Positions 17,888 through 26,664 of a stretch of 64,000 bases of DNA are shown here, piece by piece. The position numbers and the translations under genes were made by a program. The notes under the pieces are model-generated. The model searched no databases. It was not told the origin of the DNA and saw nothing but the letters and a program-made list of their open reading frames with translations. This stretch comes from Candidatus Poribacteria bacterium (GTDB lineage: Bacteria > Poribacteria > WGA-4E > WGA-3G): positions 1,408,001-1,472,000 of the forward strand of contig OZ251518.1 in NCBI GenBank assembly GCA_965242965.1, read 5' to 3'. The stretch's first letter is position 1; every line of letters begins with the position of its first letter.

Positions 17888-19480
17888 CTATTCCGATATT
17901 GCAACCAGCGTATTCCGAGTCGCGATGTAAAGCACACCGTCTTTGGCGACAGGTGTCGTATAAACCGCGCTCCCCATGTTGATTTCAGTCAGCACCTGCA
18001 TGGTTTTCCCTGCCTTCAGAATGACGACATCGCCATCTTCATCGCCGAGGTAGACCTTACCATCCGCTACGAAAGGTGAACCCCAAATCGCCGCGAAAGT
18101 ATCGTGCGTCCAATAGAGGTCACCGGTGTTGGCATCAAGACAATAGAGGAATCCGCTTAAATCCGAGATGTAGAGCAACCCATCAACAATCGCGGCGGTG
18201 GACATAGTGCGGTTGAATTGTTCATCGCCGAAGTGCCAGACAATAGCACTCTCGGTAGTATCGCCGGTTTGCGTCGCGTCAATGCACCAGAGATGCCCGA
18301 CACCTTCGCCGTGCTCGGGGTCTTGCCCAACACCGATGTAGACATAATTTCCGTAGATGACAGGCGTAGAGATGATATTATTGCGCGTGCCGCGGCCGCC
18401 TAATTCCCAGACAGAATCCTTCGGATTGCAGTCAAACTTCCAGATGATTTCCCCGGTCTCCGGCTCAAACGCGTAGACCCAACCGTCGCCGCCGGGAATG
18501 ATAACCTGCGGCACACCGTTAATCACACCGTAAGCCGGGTTTGACCATTGGCCGTGCAAGATGTTTTCCCCCGGAGATGCATCTTCCCAAACGAGTTCAC
18601 CTGTGTGTTTATTAAGCGCGATGAAACTCGGCGCGTCGGGTGAAGGAATGTGGATATGCCCCTCATCAACGCCGTTGCTTGTCTCCAAAAAGAGCAGATC
18701 TCCCACCACAAGCGGCGAACAAGTGGCGAGATTGTGAGGAAAGACATCCAACTCCTCCATCATATCGTAACTCCAAATGATGTCGGCATCAATCTCACTC
18801 GTCTCTGCCTCATCGGTGAAGGGGCCGTCGTTTTCGCCATCGAGGAACGCCTCGGTATCAATACACACCACCTCACAGCGATTGGAAATGTAATAGAGCC
18901 TGTCTCCCTCAATAAACGGGGTTGAGCAGACCCCCTGCTGGGGCCAATCGTTCACGCGCCCTGAAGGAAGTTTCGTGTGTGTAGATTGCCACAAGAATTC
19001 GCCATCTGATTCCCGAAACGCCATGATAACACCGCGGTCGCGCGTCAGTTTCGGATTGCGAAGTGCCTGGTTGTTCGTGCCGACGAAGACTTTGCCGCCG
19101 ATAACGAGCGGGCCGGCGTAAGTCTGCGAACCGAGCTCCGCTGTCCATTTGATATTCTCGCCTGTCTCCATGTCCCACGTCTCGGGCAAATTTTTCTCAT
19201 CCGATACCATGTTCCGGCTGAGTGTGCCACCCCATAGGGCAATCTCTGTCCCAGCGAGAGCGTTAAGAGTTGGAAGGGAGAAAAGTGCCAAAGTCAATAA
19301 AATGGATAAGATTCCAACGTAGCTTGGCGAGGGACAGGCCCTCGCCCTACGCAGAGAAACCGCATTAGTTCCGTAGACGTGTAGGAGAGACCTCCCGGTC
19401 TCGATGCATCCCCGTAGACGCGGAGAAACCCCATTAATTCCGTAGGCGCGCTCTGAAAGCGCGCACCTCTGTTTTTGCAT
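17888..19480 (-). CDS. PQQ-type (BamB-like) beta-propeller secreted protein
   Basis: Repeated tryptophan-docking motifs (TGELVW, TGEIIW, TGDLYW; SSP/STP blades) and a signal peptide. Confidence 0.88.
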   Translation of the reverse strand: MQKQRCALSERAYGINGVSPRLRGCIETGRSLLHVYGTNAVSLRRARACPSPSYVGILSILLTLALFSLPTLNALAGTEIALWGGTLSRNMVSDEKNLPETWDMETGENIKWTAELGSQTYAGPLVIGGKVFVGTNNQALRNPKLTRDRGVIMAFRESDGEFLWQSTHTKLPSGRVNDWPQQGVCSTPFIEGDRLYYISNRCEVVCIDTEAFLDGENDGPFTDEAETSEIDADIIWSYDMMEELDVFPHNLATCSPLVVGDLLFLETSNGVDEGHIHIPSPDAPSFIALNKHTGELVWEDASPGENILHGQWSNPAYGVINGVPQVIIPGGDGWVYAFEPETGEIIWKFDCNPKDSVWELGGRGTRNNIISTPVIYGNYVYIGVGQDPEHGEGVGHLWCIDATQTGDTTESAIVWHFGDEQFNRTMSTAAIVDGLLYISDLSGFLYCLDANTGDLYWTHDTFAAIWGSPFVADGKVYLGDEDGDVVILKAGKTMQVLTEINMGSAVYTTPVAKDGVLYIATRNTLVAISE

Positions 19481-19482
19481 GA

Positions 19483-20490
19483 TTACCATACCTTTAAATT
19501 ATCGTAATAGATTTCAGTCGGCGAGTAGCCGTAGATACCAGGGCTGCCTTCACGGTTCGGCCTCGGGTCCTCGGCAACCAGTGTCCAATCTTCAGGTTCA
19601 GGCTCCCCAGTGCGCCAGACTTTCCCGCGGATGATTGCCGTGTCGTCAACCACCTCTACCTGCATTTTCATCGTATACCAGACATCGATCTCCCATGGAA
19701 AATCGATCGTCTTCGCCATGCGCAGATCGGATGCCCACGAACGGATTTGCAACCGCTGATGCCTCCCCTGCATATCTAACGTGTAGCGATTGGCGATTAA
19801 GCCCATGTCTGGCAGTCTGCGCTTGGTTTTCGTGCCCATCAGATCGACCTGGATTGTATAGTCCCTCATCATCGGCGGACCGAGGTAGACGTTTGAACGG
19901 TTCAATCCGCGCTGCACAGGCGTTTTGACAAGCACCTTGTTGCTTGCGCTGGAAGTCGGATCCTCTCTGACAAAAAACTTCCCTGTCGCGCCTATCCAGT
20001 GAGTTGGGATTTTTTCGAGCGTAATCCCTTCAAAATCCTCTGTCCATGGCATCGCGGGAATGACGCGGATCCTCGCAGTCGCCTTCATCTCTCCAACTTG
20101 CGCAGAGACTATACCTGCCTGCGCACCCGCGTTTTTATCCGGAGTGAAACTGGCGGTAGGAGAGACCTCCCAGTCTCGATGCATGCCGGTAGGAGAGACC
20201 TCCCGGTCTCGATTACTCTCCCGGTCGCGATTCTCAATAGAACCGGTGAGCCCATCAAGCATCCACGTAACGTCTCCAACATTTTCGGTGCGTTTGCCGC
20301 TCGCATCGAAACCGATGACGCGCAGCTGAACCGCCTCACCTGCTGTAACCGATTCCGCTGGCGCGAGCAAGATGGAAACAGCAGGCTCAGCCATTTGCAT
20401 CGGTTGGCTTGGCGGCAACTCTTTGCTAGCACAACCGAAGAAGCAACCGGCCATCAGGAGAACAGCAAGTCCGTAAACAACTTTCATCAT
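19483..20490 (-). CDS. Lipoprotein with Ig-like and concanavalin/DUF1080-like domains
   Basis: Lipobox-like FFGC; C-terminal beta-sandwich (WYTMK..V...IRGKVW...EP..W, YYDNLKV); stop/start overlaps with neighbours. Confidence 0.75.
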   Translation of the reverse strand: MMKVVYGLAVLLMAGCFFGCASKELPPSQPMQMAEPAVSILLAPAESVTAGEAVQLRVIGFDASGKRTENVGDVTWMLDGLTGSIENRDRESNRDREVSPTGMHRDWEVSPTASFTPDKNAGAQAGIVSAQVGEMKATARIRVIPAMPWTEDFEGITLEKIPTHWIGATGKFFVREDPTSSASNKVLVKTPVQRGLNRSNVYLGPPMMRDYTIQVDLMGTKTKRRLPDMGLIANRYTLDMQGRHQRLQIRSWASDLRMAKTIDFPWEIDVWYTMKMQVEVVDDTAIIRGKVWRTGEPEPEDWTLVAEDPRPNREGSPGIYGYSPTEIYYDNLKVW

Positions 20491-21815
20491 TATTCCATCC
20501 TCCCGATACAGTATAGGTATTCTTCTGTGGTAAAATAGATCCGTCCATCAGCCACAGCGGGTGAGCCGTAAATTTCAACGTAGTGTTCGTCATCCTCGGC
20601 ACGGTTGAGCTGCTGAACGCTCAGCGTCTCGCACGCATCCGCGCCAGGGCGAAGGATGTGGAATTTGCCGTTGACTTCTGTCACATACAACTTTCCATCA
20701 GCCCACACCGGTGAACCTTTGCCAACGGTGCCGATGCTGTGCTCCCAGTATAATTCGCCGGTTGCGGCATCAAGGCAGTGCAAGTTCGCGGAGTTATCGG
20801 CGATATAGAGCCTTCCGCCGTGCAACGCAGGCGACACATAACCGAAGTTCACGCCATCATATCGCCACACTTCGTGGGTTTGGGTGACATCACCGGTGCC
20901 GGTGGCATCGATGCAGACAACGCGCCCCATCGCGGTGGTATCTATATTTTCCTCCCCGTGCGAGGCGTAAACCCTCTTGTTGCGCGCATCAACGACAACG
21001 GAGGTGTTAATGCCGCGCAGACTCAGGTTAAAGCCCCAGACCCTCTCCCCGGTCGGCTGTTTCATGGCATAGATGCTGCCATCAGCATTGCCGCCGATGA
21101 TATAGGATTGTCCATCAATTTCAGCGACAACCGGGGTAGAGTAGGTAGTATCCAGCGGTCTGCCGCCGGGCGTGGCTACCCAGATGAGTTCTCCGGTGCG
21201 TTTATCAAAAGCGAAATAGCGATGCCGCGTCGCCGCCTGTTCCCCCCAACTCGCATTGAGATAACTGATAACCACCAGGTCTCCGGCGATAATCGGCGTG
21301 TGGATGCGGCCGCCGTAGCCAGAGATGCGGCCATACTCCTCCGTCAGCGAACGAGACCAGACGATTTTTCCATCTCTATCAAAACAGAAAAACAGCCCTT
21401 GAACGCCGTGGACATAGACGTTTCCGGTCTCCACATCGCCGGCAGGACTTGCCCATCCGACGCGATTAAAGGAGATAGTCGTATGGAAGACGTTGAATTG
21501 ATGGTTCCAGAGCAATTCGCCAGTCTTCGCGTCAAAGCAGGCGACGCGTTCCTGTTCCGTGATATCTTGCCCGACGCGCCCGATGACGTAGACGCGTCCG
21601 TTCATCACAATCGGCGTGGAACGCCCGATAAAATCCGCCTTCCAGAGAAGGTTCTCTCCCTCGGCAGACCAGGTTGAAACGAGGTTAGTTTCCGGGGAGG
21701 TGCCATCTTGATCTGGTCCTCGCCATGTGGGCCATGCATCGGCGTGCGCCGCATTCGTCCCGCACGCGATGATGAGACATAAGATTATATAGCAAATCTG
21801 TTTGTGTTGGTTCAA
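20490..21815 (-). CDS. PQQ-type beta-propeller secreted protein
   Basis: Signal peptide, WPTWRGP, repeated propeller motifs; TTG start with GGAGG RBS. Confidence 0.88.
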   Translation of the reverse strand: MNQHKQICYIILCLIIACGTNAAHADAWPTWRGPDQDGTSPETNLVSTWSAEGENLLWKADFIGRSTPIVMNGRVYVIGRVGQDITEQERVACFDAKTGELLWNHQFNVFHTTISFNRVGWASPAGDVETGNVYVHGVQGLFFCFDRDGKIVWSRSLTEEYGRISGYGGRIHTPIIAGDLVVISYLNASWGEQAATRHRYFAFDKRTGELIWVATPGGRPLDTTYSTPVVAEIDGQSYIIGGNADGSIYAMKQPTGERVWGFNLSLRGINTSVVVDARNKRVYASHGEENIDTTAMGRVVCIDATGTGDVTQTHEVWRYDGVNFGYVSPALHGGRLYIADNSANLHCLDAATGELYWEHSIGTVGKGSPVWADGKLYVTEVNGKFHILRPGADACETLSVQQLNRAEDDEHYVEIYGSPAVADGRIYFTTEEYLYCIGRME

Positions 21816-21980
21816 ATTTTTATTTTCTCCTCCCTTATTGAATCGTAGCGTGTCTTATTTTTTTAGACGATGCAAACGTCCTAACGTTTAAATCGGTGGC
21901 TGGCTAGAGACTATTATCGCATTTTTGGCATTTTTTTGCAAGTTAATTTTAGAAGACAGGCAGAAATCCCCACGCGAAAC

Positions 21981-22204
21981 GTAGGGGTGGGAAAACCTGT
22001 CCCTCGCCATCGTTCGCGCAATCCAACCTGCGCGGAGGACAGCACGCCGCCTCCACGCCTGTAGGTCAGGATCGCCTGATCCTGAACTGTTTGTGATCAG
22101 GCGATCACAAACGACAGAGAGCACGAAACCCCTCCGTTTCACCGTAGGGCGAGGGCCTGTCCCTCGCCGTGCAACGATCGCGGGGGACAGGCCCCCGCGC
22201 TACG
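21981..22204. repeat. Mosaic REP array
   Basis: B, GATCGCC-loop pair, B and C units. Confidence 0.88.
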
Positions 22205-22253
22205 ATAAGGCAGCAACCCGCCGCTTCACCACCGTTCCGATCTCCAAAAAACC

Positions 22254-22457
22254 TTGACAAAAAATGCACATTTTGCTAAAATAAAATCACTTTCAACCAT
22301 TTTTGGCAATTTTTCGCGGGAATTTGACAATTTTCACGAATTTCCGCAAAAAAAACTTGACAATAAAACTGAAATTCGCTAAAATAAGACCAGTTTTAAC
22401 GGTTTTAGCGAATTTCTCGCAAAAAAATTTGACATTTTTCACGTTTTTGTGTATAAT
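22254..22457 (+). promoter_or_regulatory. Three tandem sigma70 promoters
   Basis: TTGACA-17-TAAAAT (22254/22277), TTGACA-17-TAAAAT (22357/22380), TTGACA-17-TATAAT (22429/22452); A-tracts upstream; the first and third have an extended TG. Confidence 0.8.
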
Positions 22458-22463
22458 TAATGC

Positions 22464-22797
22464 AAACGTGGTGATACGCGCGAAAAAATCGCGCCACCGC
22501 GAGACCGAAACCGAACAGAGGAACGATACCGTGAACCAGCGAATTGATTATGCCATTGCTAATGAGGTCACCGTAGACCTGCCCGGGCCCCGCGAGATGC
22601 CGCACATCCGGTGCACGTCTGGCCCGTTTGTCGCGCCGTCACGACGAGTTCCCGTTCGGCTTAATGCCCAGAGGGGAGGCTCGACCCCCCCTGACACCCA
22701 CAGGCGTTAAGCAAAGTTTATTCACTTGACAGCGGCGACTTTCGTCGTCTTGTTGTCTTCTACCCCGCACGCATTCTTTGCGTGGCGGGTTCTTTTC
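22464..22797 (+). other. Candidate ~330-nt transcript: structured ncRNA and/or a 59-aa small ORF (GTG 22531..22710)
   Basis: Lies between consensus promoters and a terminator-like hairpin; AGAGGA precedes the GTG; no family recognised. Confidence 0.35.
22764..22797 (+). terminator. Putative intrinsic terminator
   Basis: CCCGCACGCA-TTCTT-TGCGTGGCGGG stem followed by TTCTTTT. Confidence 0.5.
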
Positions 22798-23087
22798 GTT
22801 GCATTGGGACTGGCCCGATGCATTTCCCTGCCACATTTCTGGTTGCCCCCGTTTCCCTTGTTATTCTCCCTATTTGTCCATACGAGATTTCCGCGCGCCG
22901 CTTTTGGTGGTGCGGATTTCTGTTGCTGTCTATTCTTGATGGCGGGCAAATGGAGGAGGATGGGGACCAACAGGATAGCGATGGGATAGTGGTAGGATTT
23001 TCACTGAATACCGCGCAGCACCTCCCACCGGAGGAGCCGCGCAACATCTGTCTCATGTGGAATGAGGCAGCAATTTGACAGGAGTAT

Positions 23088-23420
23088 ATGATGCCAATTT
23101 GCAGAGTGCTTCGCATCACATGCCATGAACAAGAAGATTGGACAGGCGATGATGATGCTTACATAACGATCAATGGCGAAAATTTCTGGGGGCCGAAAAG
23201 TATGGATACGGGCCAAACCCGCGAGATTCGCCGCGATTATCAGTTCCGCCGCCGCGCCAGGATAGCCCTGTACGAAGCCGATCTTGACCCCGACGACTTC
23301 CTTGGTGAGCAAGTTATCACCCGGGCGGATATCGGCAGCGGGGAACAGGACTTACCCTTCAGAGAGGATGGCGCGAACTACACGATCCGGGTTATCGCGC
23401 TCAAGCACCAGGATGAGTAA
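23088..23420 (+). CDS. Small acidic beta-sandwich (C2-domain-like) protein
   Basis: AGGAG RBS; D.TG.DDAYI and LYEADLDPDDFLG resemble C2-type Ca-binding loops. Confidence 0.7.
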   Translation: MMPICRVLRITCHEQEDWTGDDDAYITINGENFWGPKSMDTGQTREIRRDYQFRRRARIALYEADLDPDDFLGEQVITRADIGSGEQDLPFREDGANYTIRVIALKHQDE

Positions 23421-23557
23421 GCCTGCTGACCCCGGGCCGCGCTTCATGGCGGCTCCGGTGGGGTTTGGATGTTTGAGAGTTGCGGCGGACGCGGGTGTGT
23501 CGAATAGTGTCGGCACCCTCCGCCGCAACCAACTTTTATTCTGAGGAGGAATGAACG

Positions 23558-23815
23558 ATGAGCGAAGCTGCCATTTCCAATATGATTACGGAAATTCGCA
23601 AAAAGGCAGATCGAGTCAAGCGAGACCTCGGACATGTCCTTGATGGTAACTTTGACAAGGTAAGCAAGGAAACAAAACGGGAATTTGGCGAGATCGCAAC
23701 GGAAGCTCTGAAGAGGAACGTTCGGGTTGAGATTCCTTTCAACGATCGAGTCACGATTATCGTTCGCCGCAAGAGCGATGGTTCAATCGGTGTTGGTATC
23801 AATGCTGAATTCTAG
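23558..23815 (+). CDS. Hypothetical protein (85 aa)
   Basis: GAGGAGG RBS and a protein-like composition. Confidence 0.65.
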   Translation: MSEAAISNMITEIRKKADRVKRDLGHVLDGNFDKVSKETKREFGEIATEALKRNVRVEIPFNDRVTIIVRRKSDGSIGVGINAEF

Positions 23816-24231
23816 GTGCCGATATCGAAGCACTTTACCGCGATCCAGAAATGCATCTGGAATCAAGCATCGTTTATTGGGCGAGTGCAGCGGACTGCCT
23901 AGGTTTCCGCACGGCATGGAAACCCACCGCCGCGGCTTACATCCCTGAGACAGGATAAGAACAGCCGCACCCCGATAGTTTTCCGAGTTATCAACGGAGA
24001 CTGCTGGACAACAAAACAGTGGCCGCCCGTTGGGAGATATTTTTCACCGAATACCGTGCACACCTCTTATAAAGATTAAGGAATTAAATAGGTTATTTTT
24101 CCGCGGGAAAACAGGCGGCTATAGAAATACGCCCTTACGCTCGCTCGGCGCGCAGGCGTTCTGAAAATAACCCCATTAGTTGCTGAAATTCATACGAGGT
24201 GTGCTACGGCAAACGAAAAGGAGTTACAACC

Positions 24232-24594
24232 ATGAACCAAGACTTCACCCTATCCTCTCCTACTCAAGGGGCAAAAGCAATAGTCTATTCTGTCAGTTCC
24301 GTGCAGTTGTTCCCTATTAAGAGCGATGACGGTTCTGACGCGCTTCTGATTGTTGCCGAAGGCGAAGTGATATCAACGGGATGGACGAATCCGAAACTCC
24401 TCCCTTACACGTACACTCAAGAGCCGCCGGATGGCATCTGGGACTTCGTCTTCGCCGCAGACCCACCGCGAGACATTTCGTCTCCCATGTTAACCCCTAT
24501 CCGGGTGAAACATATCGTGACCGATGTGCCCGAAGGGTTCTGGGGCGTTCGTGTTCGCGCGGCGACGAACAGCGTTGAAACTGCGACGCAATAG
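24232..24594 (+). CDS. Hypothetical protein (120 aa)
   Basis: AAGGAG RBS; motif-like AEGEV.STGWTNPKL...PPDGIWDFVF.ADPP. Confidence 0.75.
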   Translation: MNQDFTLSSPTQGAKAIVYSVSSVQLFPIKSDDGSDALLIVAEGEVISTGWTNPKLLPYTYTQEPPDGIWDFVFAADPPRDISSPMLTPIRVKHIVTDVPEGFWGVRVRAATNSVETATQ

Positions 24595-24689
24595 GACAGC
24601 GGCACCGCGCCCAAGGATATCCTGAAAAGATGGACAGGCACGGTGCCCATCCATACACCACACATGGAAGAGCGCGCTTGCAAACCACG

Positions 24690-24800
24690 CCTACCATGTT
24701 GATTACTGGCACCTCAACCGGCGGCATCCTCGCGCTGGAATTGAGTAGGCGGGAGGGGCCTAAGGGACCACCGCGGTATTCCGCCGCTAACGAAGAAGGA
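24690..24800 (+). pseudogene. Patatin-like phospholipase remnant
   Basis: LITGTSTGGILALEL...PRYSAA is the patatin nucleophile elbow; no intact DGGG or DGG motifs around it. Confidence 0.55.
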
Positions 24801-24964
24801 GTGTTTATCATATTGAAACACTTAGCAACGTTCGCGGTTCTTGCAGTCTGTCTTTTTGCTATCGCTACAGACACGATAGGCGAGACCTCGGGGTCTCGAT
24901 GCTTCCATCGGTTCGCGTAGACATCGCGACCCGGAGCATGCGAAAAACAACAGGAGATTTTTTG

Positions 24965-26086
24965 ATGAAAACGCAATTTACACTGTGCAGCTGGCTCCTT
25001 GTCTACCTCTGCTGCGCATTCGGCATCATCGGCATCAACGGTTGTGGTGGTGATGATGATGACGAAGAAGAGGTTGAAGAGGTAAAAGTAGAATTTGTCT
25101 CAGCCAGTCCTACACCGGGGAGCACCCTGGCACCCGACGCAACAATTCTCTTAACCTTTAACGGCACTCCGACAGGGGTCAGTGTGAATGAAGGGCAAGC
25201 CACGGTCACCGGTAACACCGTGACGCTATCGGGGCCGTTTCGACTTGGAGACCGAGATCTGGTTGTCACGTGGGACGATGGCAGGCAACCTTTCACCTAC
25301 ACCGTCAACGTTGAAACCCCCGAGGGCATGGTGTTCATCCCCGCCGGGGAATTCCAAATGGGCAGCATCGACGATGAAGCATCAAATAACGAACAACCCG
25401 TGCATACCGTCCACTTAGACGCATTCTTCATGGACGAATATGAAGTCACCAACTTGGAATACAAGGAATTCCTCTTGGAGAATCCGCGGTGGCAAAAAAG
25501 TCGGATTGATAAGCGATTCCACAATGGAGATTACCTCAAACACTGGAGTGGCAATAACTATCCCTCTGGCAAAGCGAACCATCCGGTAACCTATGTGAGT
25601 TGGTATGCGGCGATGGCGTATGCGGAATGGGCAGGGAAACGGCTGCCGACAGAGGCGGAATGGGAATACGCCGCACGCGGGGGCGTTGCTGGGAAAAAGT
25701 ATCCCTCAGGCAAGAACACGATTTCCACCCGCGAGGCCAACTACAAGGGTCATGTCGGGGACACTACAGCTGTCGGACGTTATGCGGCGAACGGCTACAA
25801 CCTCTACGATATGGCAGGCAATGTCTGGGAATGGTGTCTTGATGAATATGATGCCGATTTCTACTTTGTCTCTCGCAACAGTCGGAATCCGATTTCGGGT
25901 GCGCGGACGATCCAATGGATACTTGATAACTTCGCGAGTATCCCGACCAACAGTTCGCGCGTGTTGCGCGGCGGCGGTTGGCCCGGTCCAGCGCCGAATT
26001 TGCGCGTCGCCAATCGCAACGACACTACGCCAGCGTACACGGGCTCGTACAGCGGTTTTCGTTGCGCGAGGGCTGTTACACCTTAA
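24965..26086 (+). CDS. Lipoprotein with Ig-like domain and FGE-sulfatase (CLec-fold) domain; candidate DGR target
   Basis: INGCGG lipobox, RLPTEAEWEYAARGG, YDMAGNVWEWC, RVLRGGxW...GFRC. Confidence 0.9.
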   Translation: MKTQFTLCSWLLVYLCCAFGIIGINGCGGDDDDEEEVEEVKVEFVSASPTPGSTLAPDATILLTFNGTPTGVSVNEGQATVTGNTVTLSGPFRLGDRDLVVTWDDGRQPFTYTVNVETPEGMVFIPAGEFQMGSIDDEASNNEQPVHTVHLDAFFMDEYEVTNLEYKEFLLENPRWQKSRIDKRFHNGDYLKHWSGNNYPSGKANHPVTYVSWYAAMAYAEWAGKRLPTEAEWEYAARGGVAGKKYPSGKNTISTREANYKGHVGDTTAVGRYAANGYNLYDMAGNVWEWCLDEYDADFYFVSRNSRNPISGARTIQWILDNFASIPTNSSRVLRGGGWPGPAPNLRVANRNDTTPAYTGSYSGFRCARAVTP

Positions 26087-26105
26087 CGCTTAACCGTTCA
26101 ACTAC

Positions 26106-26131
26106 CCCGGCCGCGGCGCGCCGCGGCCGGG
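26106..26131. repeat. Perfect 26-bp all-GC palindrome (cruciform)
   Basis: CCCGGCCGCGGCG|CGCCGCGGCCGGG, starting 20 nt after the FGE stop, with no U-tract. Confidence 0.9.
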
Positions 26132-26157
26132 TCCTCTTAAAAAAGGAGACATCCAAA

Positions 26158-26652
26158 ATGAACCGCAACATCATTTGCATCCTCATCGCACTGATGGTTT
26201 TAAGCATCAGTGCAATCCTCATTGCAAACCACGTTGAGGTTATCGCAAAAATCGCAAGCACCTTGAACGGAACGCCCATGACCGTCACACTCGCTGGAGA
26301 CGCTGACGATACCATTAAGACCCTCGACCTTAAAGAACTCCGGGACAACTGGGCAGACCACGACAGAAAGTTCGTCCGCTTCACAGGCACCGTCGTGTTT
26401 GTTCAAAAAGACCCTCGAACAGAAAAAGTCCGACGGTTAACATTGAAAGGAAACACAACCCACGTGTACCCGCTCGATGCACAGGACCTGCTCTTAGCAC
26501 GGCTGCTGCCCGAAACCTACGAACTCGGAAACACATACGAATTCACAGGACTCCTCATCAGAGACGGAGAACACGCACCCACGCCAAACAGCAGAAACGT
26601 GACACTCCGAATCTACGCTGTTCAGGCAAACAATCTGGGAAAAGCCAAATAA
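26158..26652 (+). CDS. Membrane-anchored or secreted hypothetical protein (OB-fold-like), paralog 1
   Basis: AAGGAG RBS, N-terminal hydrophobic helix, FVRFTGTV...VYPLD...YEFTG shared with the next gene. Confidence 0.8.
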   Translation: MNRNIICILIALMVLSISAILIANHVEVIAKIASTLNGTPMTVTLAGDADDTIKTLDLKELRDNWADHDRKFVRFTGTVVFVQKDPRTEKVRRLTLKGNTTHVYPLDAQDLLLARLLPETYELGNTYEFTGLLIRDGEHAPTPNSRNVTLRIYAVQANNLGKAK

Positions 26653-26664
26653 GGAGAATGTCTC

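Noticed and set aside
22660-22705. tRNA/tmRNA-like 3' end (GGCTCGACCCCC)
   Set aside because: No GTTCRA T-loop, no acceptor stem or CCA, and no tmRNA 5' end or tag reading frame could be identified.
22700-24900. DGR template repeat or reverse transcriptase upstream of the FGE cluster
   Set aside because: No AAC-rich copy of the VR and no YxDD-containing RT ORF were found anywhere in the window.
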